Source: Amoeboradix gromovi X-113 (lineage: Eukaryota > Fungi > Sanchytriomycota). From it: a stretch of 5,096 bases of DNA. Under the pieces are notes generated by a model. It ran no database searches. It was given only the letters and a program-made list of their open reading frames with translations, and was not told the origin of the DNA. Every line of letters starts with the position of its first letter. Position 1 is the first letter of the stretch. A program made the position numbers and the translations under genes. Of the stretch, positions 1-5,096 are shown piece after piece. The stretch is from positions 1 through 5,096 of the forward strand of contig JADGIF010000691.1 in NCBI GenBank assembly GCA_018985225.1. The letters are read 5' to 3'.

Positions 1-392
1 CAACATCCGTTCTTCTCATTTACGACAAATTTCTACATATCCCCACAATTAGAACACGTCAAATCCAAAACGAACTAGCAAGTGCAGAATATACTCTTTT
101 ACATTCAGAACGTTCTTAAATGACAGGGAACCAATACTTGAAATATAAGCATCTTATGCGATCTCACCTCAAGTTAGTGGAAGCTTGAGCAACCCTGCTA
201 AGGGTCCACTCGCATAACAAGTCTCCGTACTTAAGCTCTTGATTTCATTGGAAACTAATACTATTAATGAGGAAATTTTCGACGTTCACATCAAGGGCCT
301 TCCAAAGCTCATTATCCACTTTTCGCGTTCAAATGAAAAATCTTGCTCTGAACATATACACTTTCGCTTTTGGTAAGACAACAAGGAAGAGG

Positions 393-1611
393 ATGGATTA
401 TCAGGATCCCATGGATGTGGATGTGGATGAAAAGATTTTAAAAAGCAGTTTGGAATTTACTGGAATTAGTATTTTTATTTTTTAACGTAGATTTTTTATC
501 AAAACTCCCATACGAATTAGCTCAGATTATACTGCTATATCTGCCTGCAGCCTCCTTGCCTAATGTCGCGTTGACTTGTCAACTTGGCTATCAACTAGTT
601 AAAGATAATCGCCTTTGGGAAAACAAGTTTAAAGAAAACGAGCACTGGAAACTAAGGGTTTTGCCTCAACAAAGGTTTACAATTGATTGGAATTATCTGT
701 ATAGAAACAGATTTTTGTTGTATAAAAATTGGATAAATAACAAGCATTCGATCTCAACTATAAAGGGACACGATGACAGTGTATACTGTATTCAGTTCAA
801 GGATAATCTTCTCGTCAGCGGCTCTAGAGATCAAACAATAAAGTTTTGGAATCTGCATGATAAAAAATGTGTTAGAGTAATGAGTGGGCATACGGGTAGT
901 GTATTATGCTTTAAATTCGACAACGACATACTAGTCAGCGGTAGCAGCGACATGACTGTCGTTGTATGGGCCATGAAAACGGGTCAAATTCTCCATAGAC
1001 TCTCGCACCACACTGCAGGTGTCTTGGATGTTGCAATAGATGATGAATTTATTGTTTCTTGTTCCAAGGATAACACTGTTAAAGTTTATGAAAGGAAGTC
1101 AGGTAAGCTACTTTACAGCTTAAATGCACATCGAGCTGCAGTAAATGCCTTGATTTTAAAAAACAAGAAGATTGTCACAGGAAGTGGTGATTATGCTATT
1201 AAGGTTTGGGATGTCTATACGGGGCAGCTTCTAAAAGAACTACGCGGCCATAATAGGGGAATTGCGTGTGTGCAGTTTGATGGCAAAACTATTGTTTCAG
1301 GCAGCAACGATCAACATATTAAAGTATGGAATGCAGAAACAGGTGAAATGATTGCATCTTTAAAGCAACATAAAGAACTTGTTAGAACTCTTGACTTCAA
1401 TGACGATTTTATAATTTCCGGGTCATATGACCAGACTATCATTGTCTGGAGTCGCAAGACCTACAAACCAATTAAAATTATAGAAAATGCCCATGAAAGC
1501 TGGGTATTTAACATAGTAATCGGGCAATCCAAATTCATATCGGCTTCACAAGACACAAGTATCAAAATTTGGAATTATGAGGATGGAGTTGATTGCAAAT
1601 ACTTTGAATAA
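393..1611 (+). CDS. F-box/WD40 repeat protein, beta-TrCP/Slimb/FWD-1/Pof11-like SCF substrate adaptor; join(393..468,491..1611), about 398 aa
   Basis: The frame of ORF 556..1611 is open upstream to 493 and encodes an F-box (FLSKLPYELAQIILLYLPAASLPNVALTCQLGYQLVKDNRLW). Seven WD40 repeats carry beta-TrCP hallmark strings: VYCIQF..SGSRD, GHTGSVLC..SGSSD, SCSKD, HRAAVN..GSGD, GHNRGIAC, HKELVR..SGSYD, SASQDTSIKIW. Removing 469..490 joins ATG393 (MDYQDPMDVD) in frame. The start codon is uncertain (in-frame ATGs at 267, 333, 393, 411). Confidence 0.92.
469..490 (+). other. Spliceosomal intron, 22 nt, phase 1 (GTATTTTTATTTTTTAACGTAG)
   Basis: GT..AG ends, T-rich body, branch-like TTTAAC next to GTAG and an in-frame TAA. 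Removal restores the frame into the F-box. The acceptor at 490 is well supported; alternative in-phase donors exist at 448 and 373. Confidence 0.75.
493..618 (+). other. F-box domain coding region
   Basis: LP-x-E-L...I-L-x-Y-L...L-x-x-V-x-x-T-C...D-x-x-LW pattern, mostly upstream of the TTG start used in the ORF track. Confidence 0.85.
766..1575 (+). repeat. Seven WD40 repeats (beta-propeller) at the protein level
   Basis: About 40-aa periodic (G)H...V/I....F...SGS.D..I..W units from GHDDSV to IKIWN. Confidence 0.95.
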
Positions 1612-1626
1612 ATTATATATTTACTA
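1607..1626. terminator. Putative bidirectional 3'-end/polyadenylation element between convergent stop codons
   Basis: AATAAA at 1607-1612 overlaps the + gene TAA. Palindromic TATATA at 1614-1619. On the - strand TAG-TAA-A gives a tandem stop containing AGTAAA. Confidence 0.45.
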
Positions 1627-4600
1627 CTTCAACTTTTTAATTAGTTCTTCTGCCCTTTTCCCATCGCTCTTTAAAAATGACATGATAACTGGCGACTTTG
1701 AAATTTTTGATGGCAATTGGAGTATTGTTGATATATAAACGTCTAATATTGGCAACCTCCCTTTTGCAACTGCATCGGTCACATAAACAATGTTAGTAGG
1801 CAGTTCTGGTATTATTCTCTTTACACTCGGCGCATCTTTCCTGTTCAACAAGGGGTTCAAATTAACTCCAGACTCCTCTGGAAAGTGGCTCATAAGTTGT
1901 AAGTGCAAATCAAAGAAATCTGAGTAAGTCGCAAATATGGTCGTGGTTGCATCACTTGTTATTCTTTGAATGTCTATTGCATAGAGCTAAATTAACATTG
2001 AAATACATATTCTCGCTTACCCTCTTCTACTTTATAGACCGCAGATATTTTTGCTGATTTGGCTGCTTTGTTGATCACAGGTAATATGCGTTTGTCGATT
2101 ATTGAATGACTTATGATTTCAATTAATTGTTCAACAAGTTCAGGGGTTGAATTAGAAGGTATAACAATTCTCTTTTCATCTATCCTCTTTTCACTTGTTT
2201 CAGATAATCTCTTTTCGAACGATTCAGATATTCTTTTCAGAGATTCAGAAGTCGTTGAGAGTGTATTTGGGTTTGATTTGGTATTTAAACTCGAAGGAGA
2301 GTTACCCACTATCTGTGTAGTAACAGTATTAATTCCGGTAATTGAAGATGGCACTGCAGTATTAGGCGTTAGTTTACTTGCAGCTGGACTTTTAGATTCC
2401 TTTGAGTACAGAGTAGATGCGACTGAGGTATTAGGAGAGCTCAGTATATGCGCGCTCTTTGCGGGTATTGGTGGTGGTGTATTGTTATTTATTGTAGTCG
2501 TGAAATGCTTTGCAGGTATCGCTGGTGGTATTTTAGCTGGAGGGGTAAACATTTCAGCGCTCAACTGTCTGACAGCACCGGAATTAGCCATCCTATGAAT
2601 CGTAAGTGATCTTGGATCTTTGATATCCCATTGAGGCTCCTTAAGTTTGTTTTTAGTTACCTCAATTATGCTGTTACGAGCAGGCTCACTGGAAGAATTG
2701 CTATCAACAATGGTAGAACTAGCACGAATGTTAGCGGCAAGAACTTCGCTTGCTGCAATTTCGCTGTTTCTGATTCGCCGTGTTTGTTGTTGTAGTTTTT
2801 CATCATGACTAGACTCTGTTGTGCTTTCAATCAATGATTTATCCAGCTTAGTTACGTCAATTGGAATCTTAAACAATCTTGAATTTCTGTTACTTTGGGG
2901 GGATTGCTGACTCTGCTGAAGCATTTCAAGTGCAAATGTTTCACTCATAGCAGTGTGTTGTGCTAGCATCTTAGCTGCAACATCTACAACATCTTCAGAG
3001 TCTGAATTTGAGGAAGCATCTAAAGATGTGGTAGAAATCGAGGCGGTATCACTGTCTTCAATCTTCGCATCGAAGTTATGGGCTTCCGTGTCATCGAAAT
3101 GAATTACGGGAATCATTTCTTGAACATCTTGAGTGTCACCCTCTTCGCTTTTATACATGTCATTTACATCTTGAAGATGCTCTTCAAAAATAAATAAATT
3201 GTCAACCTCAGGAATTTGGACCTCATCCAATAAACTCTTTCTATTCTGTTTGGGTTTTTCGACAGTCTTTTGCTCTTTCACCAAAGGTTGGGCCATCCTA
3301 AAATAAGTCTTAAGGTGGTCATTGATTAAGCCTTTTAGCGATTTTACAATTTTATTACGCTCATCAGAATTTTTACATTGAATCAAGAAAGAATCATCAG
3401 CATCTTTACGACTCAATACCATGCAGTTTTCATGGCCATATTCACCTTGAGCACACTGACTAACAAGTAGTTTATCGAACTGGAAGGAAGCAATCAGCTT
3501 TAACCGTAACTCGCCGATTTGTAAACGCTCTTCCTTACCTAAAACTAACATGTCATTGAATATAAAAAGGGTGCGCGCTCTCCTTGAAATCGTTTTGTCA
3601 TCATTGTTGATTACAACCTGATTAACCTGCTTTTCAGACACCAAAATTCTAGAAGGGCTTACAATTGTGATTTTTCCATTGAAGCTGGCCTGTATTTTCA
3701 TCATTTTTTGTACCATATCAGTTTGCTTAGCGTGGTCATTAACTATAGTCACCAAGGTCTCAACTTTAATTAAACCTTGTTGCAAATTTTGATAATCCTT
3801 GTGCCCTTCAGGTGTGTTTCTCATTATCTCTCGAATTAAAAGAGGGTACTTACATATTCGTTGTACTGGCTTCAATAGATAGCTACTTAAAGGCAACGAT
3901 CTACATTCCGGTAATTGCTGGGTCTGCATTGCAAACTTATTAAATGCCTTGATGTTGTTGCATTTTTCGAGTCGCATCAGGGCATATGGATGATTGCTGC
4001 AATACATGGTATATACTTTCATATAGTCTGTGATGTTGCTCCAAATATCGCCGATTTCTTCAACTATTGGGTTAAGCAAATGCTTTTCATCTAACTTCTT
4101 GAGCAATTCCGAATTAACCGGTACTAGCTGCTCCCAAACACTAAATATAATACCCAAATCCTTCGCACTGATAACCTTTGATTTCCTTAGTGGCTTTATG
4201 TACAATTGAATAATCATTTCCAAATCTCTAACATAGTCTTGTTCCGTTAATAGCATTTCATAAATAGCCTCTTGTCTTTTGATTTCCATCTTGGATAATT
4301 TCAACCCCGGCACAGTATCTCTGCCGATAAAATCAACCCATGACTTGTTTTGAGGTGCATCAGAGGATATTTTTGTTGGCGAAGTTACACTTGGAGTCTT
4401 GACTAGTGGTGCAACTGGGTTGCCAATGATAGGAACGCTACTGGACTTTTTCTTGTCTTTTTTCTGTGTATTAGATGCAGAGCTAGCTACCGAATTGCTC
4501 TGATTGATAGAATTATTCGAAGTGGCAGGCGGAGAAATTTGAGAGATTTTAATACTCTCTTGACGCTCTACTGTGGATTCCTTCTTGTCATCTTCCTCAA

Positions 4601-4850
4601 GAATAAGATTAGAACAAGGCATCCATCCAAGAACTCCATGATGCTCAACTAGCACCTTGCTACTCTTTGTTATGTCTTTTACTTCTTCCATAAATAGAAT
4701 TGTTACTACGTCATCCTGTTCAACACTAATTTCATTTTCGTCATTTGCGTGATAATCCTTTAATATTTTCCCTTTCCTATTTGTATTAAATAAAGAGAAT
4801 GTAGAATCTCGTGGAACATTTTGACTTTGACTTGACGTTTGAAATTCCAT
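1624..4850 (-). CDS. Dbl-family Rho guanine nucleotide exchange factor with SH3-DH-PH-(disordered)-PX architecture; complement(join(1624..1986,2007..4850)), about 1068 aa
   Basis: DH motifs KRQEAIYEMLLTEQDYVRDL and LPLSSYLLKPVQRICKYPLLIREI..NTP..H.DY. PH motif RTLFIFNDMLVLGK. N-terminal SH3-like DYHANDENEISV...GWMPCSNL. Removing 1987..2006 joins ORF 1992..4871 to ORF 1624..1908 as KREY|LYAIDIQR...TYSDFFDLHLQL, a continuous PX domain. First in-frame ATG is at 4850, with an in-frame TAA shortly upstream of the GTG at 4871. Confidence 0.9.
1655..2055 (-). other. PX (phox homology) domain, Bem1/Scd2-type
   Basis: YSDFFDLHLQLMSHFPEESG...RIIPELP...YVTDAVAKGRLPILDVYISTILQLPSKISKSPVIMSFL resembles the fungal Bem1 PX pattern (Y.DFYDFQ..L...FPEEAG...R.LP.MPGP...VTD.I...R...LD.Y...L..LP..IS), recalled from family knowledge. 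Boundaries approximate. Confidence 0.8.
1987..2006 (-). other. Spliceosomal intron, 20 nt, phase 0 (GTATTTCAATGTTAATTTAG)
   Basis: GT..AG ends, the same GTATTT donor and TTAAY-(G/T)TAG end as the other intron, and an in-frame TAA. Removal gives an uninterrupted PX beta-strand (EYLYAIDI). Confidence 0.8.
2457..2546 (-). repeat. Duplicated proline-rich motif PP(A/P)IPAK (class II PxxPx[KR] SH3-ligand-like)
   Basis: Translation reads TPPAKIPPAIPAKHFTTTINNNTPPPIPAK. Confidence 0.6.
3318..3650 (-). other. PH domain following the DH domain
   Basis: SRILVSE...RTLFIFNDMLVLGK...FLIQCKNSDERNKIVKSL, in the typical DH-adjacent position. The usual C-terminal helix Trp is replaced by Ile. Confidence 0.8.
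3729..4280 (-). other. DH (RhoGEF) domain, intersectin-like
   Basis: CR1 (EMLLTEQDYVRDL), IFSVWEQLVPVNSELLKKL, CR3 (PLSSYLLKPVQRICKYPLL) and the alpha-6 Asn (IVND) are present. Confidence 0.95.
4599..4778 (-). other. Degenerate SH3 domain
   Basis: KILKDYHANDENEISVEQDDVVTIL...GVLGWMPCSNL fits ALYDY.A....ELS...GD.I......G..G.FP.NY but lacks the WW motif. Confidence 0.75.
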
Positions 4851-5096
4851 GTCACGATAAACGCAAGCCACTTTGGAATAGAAAACTTAGGCCAACCTGA
4901 AAGATTGAGCATCGATTTAGTTCCTCTTTTTACTATTTTGGGGACGCCGAATGAAAACTAAACATGCCAGATATCAACATAAAAACTGGTAAAAGTACAT
5001 CACATGAGATTAGGAACAGATTGGGACACCAAATATAAAAACTAGACTAACTCGTTTTTAAAGGTGCTCCATACGGAGGAAATGCTATCATTAATA

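Noticed and set aside
3-119. Open + frame from the window edge to TAA at 117-119 (possible 3' end of an upstream gene)
   Set aside because: Only 38 codons with no recognisable motif; cannot be distinguished from chance.
267-485. 72-aa ORF as an independent gene
   Set aside because: Its 3' part is exon 1 of the F-box gene, and its stop lies inside the predicted intron.
373-490. Longer introns from donor GTAAGA at 373 (118 nt, giving DFLSKLP) or GTTTGG at 448 (43 nt)
   Set aside because: Both are in phase and not excluded. They are disfavoured because 393-468 looks coding and the 22-nt version matches the other intron's GTATTT donor and size. cDNA is needed.
1624-1908. 94-aa ORF as a stand-alone gene
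   Set aside because: It starts at TTG in the middle of a PX domain. The frame is open to the acceptor at 1987 and splices to the RhoGEF.
1987-2006. Stop-codon reassignment, readthrough or pseudogenisation as the explanation for the split ORFs
   Set aside because: Both breaks involve frame changes that GT-AG removal repairs exactly, TAA/TAG end both genes at sensible domain ends, and the long exons have no other lesions.
2113-2598. 161-aa + strand ORF, hydrophobic and V/L/G-rich
   Set aside because: Lies wholly antisense to the S/T/N/P-rich linker of the RhoGEF; its composition mirrors those codons and it has no recognisable domain.
4760-4912. Upstream ATG at 4912 (-): an overlapping out-of-frame 50-aa uORF, or a 16-nt first exon joined by a 26-nt intron (4871..4896)
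   Set aside because: The splice would be in frame, but GTTGGC...AAG lacks the donor and branch/acceptor pattern of the other two introns and adds no recognisable sequence.
4913-5096. Short ORFs upstream of the RhoGEF (e.g. ATG 4951 and 4964 on +)
   Set aside because: All under 30 codons, and trial splicing of a 25-nt GT-AG segment (4989..5013) still meets stops. Probably promoter or intergenic sequence.
1-5096. Prokaryotic systems (CRISPR arrays, operons, IS elements), tRNA or rRNA genes
   Set aside because: No repeat-spacer arrays, transposase motifs or RNA gene signatures were seen, and both genes belong to eukaryotic families and have spliceosomal introns.

Overview
AT-rich, very compact eukaryotic genomic DNA, most likely from an early-diverging fungus or relative (inferred from protein families). 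It holds two convergent protein-coding genes whose stop codons are only 12 bp apart. On the + strand is a minimal beta-TrCP/Slimb/FWD-1-type F-box/WD40 protein, join(393..468,491..1611), about 398 aa. On the - strand is a multidomain Dbl-family RhoGEF, complement(join(1624..1986,2007..4850)), about 1068 aa, with a degenerate SH3, an intersectin-like DH-PH, a long disordered region and a C-terminal Bem1-like PX domain. The ORF track splits both genes because each has one apparent ultra-short GT-AG intron (22 nt and 20 nt) sharing the pattern GTATTT...TTAAY(G/T)TAG. The main points of interest are these tiny introns, the GEF/Bem1-type PX fusion, the shared 3'-end element between the genes and a possible structured element at 154-217. 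The window ends (1-153 and 4913-5096) could not be assigned.
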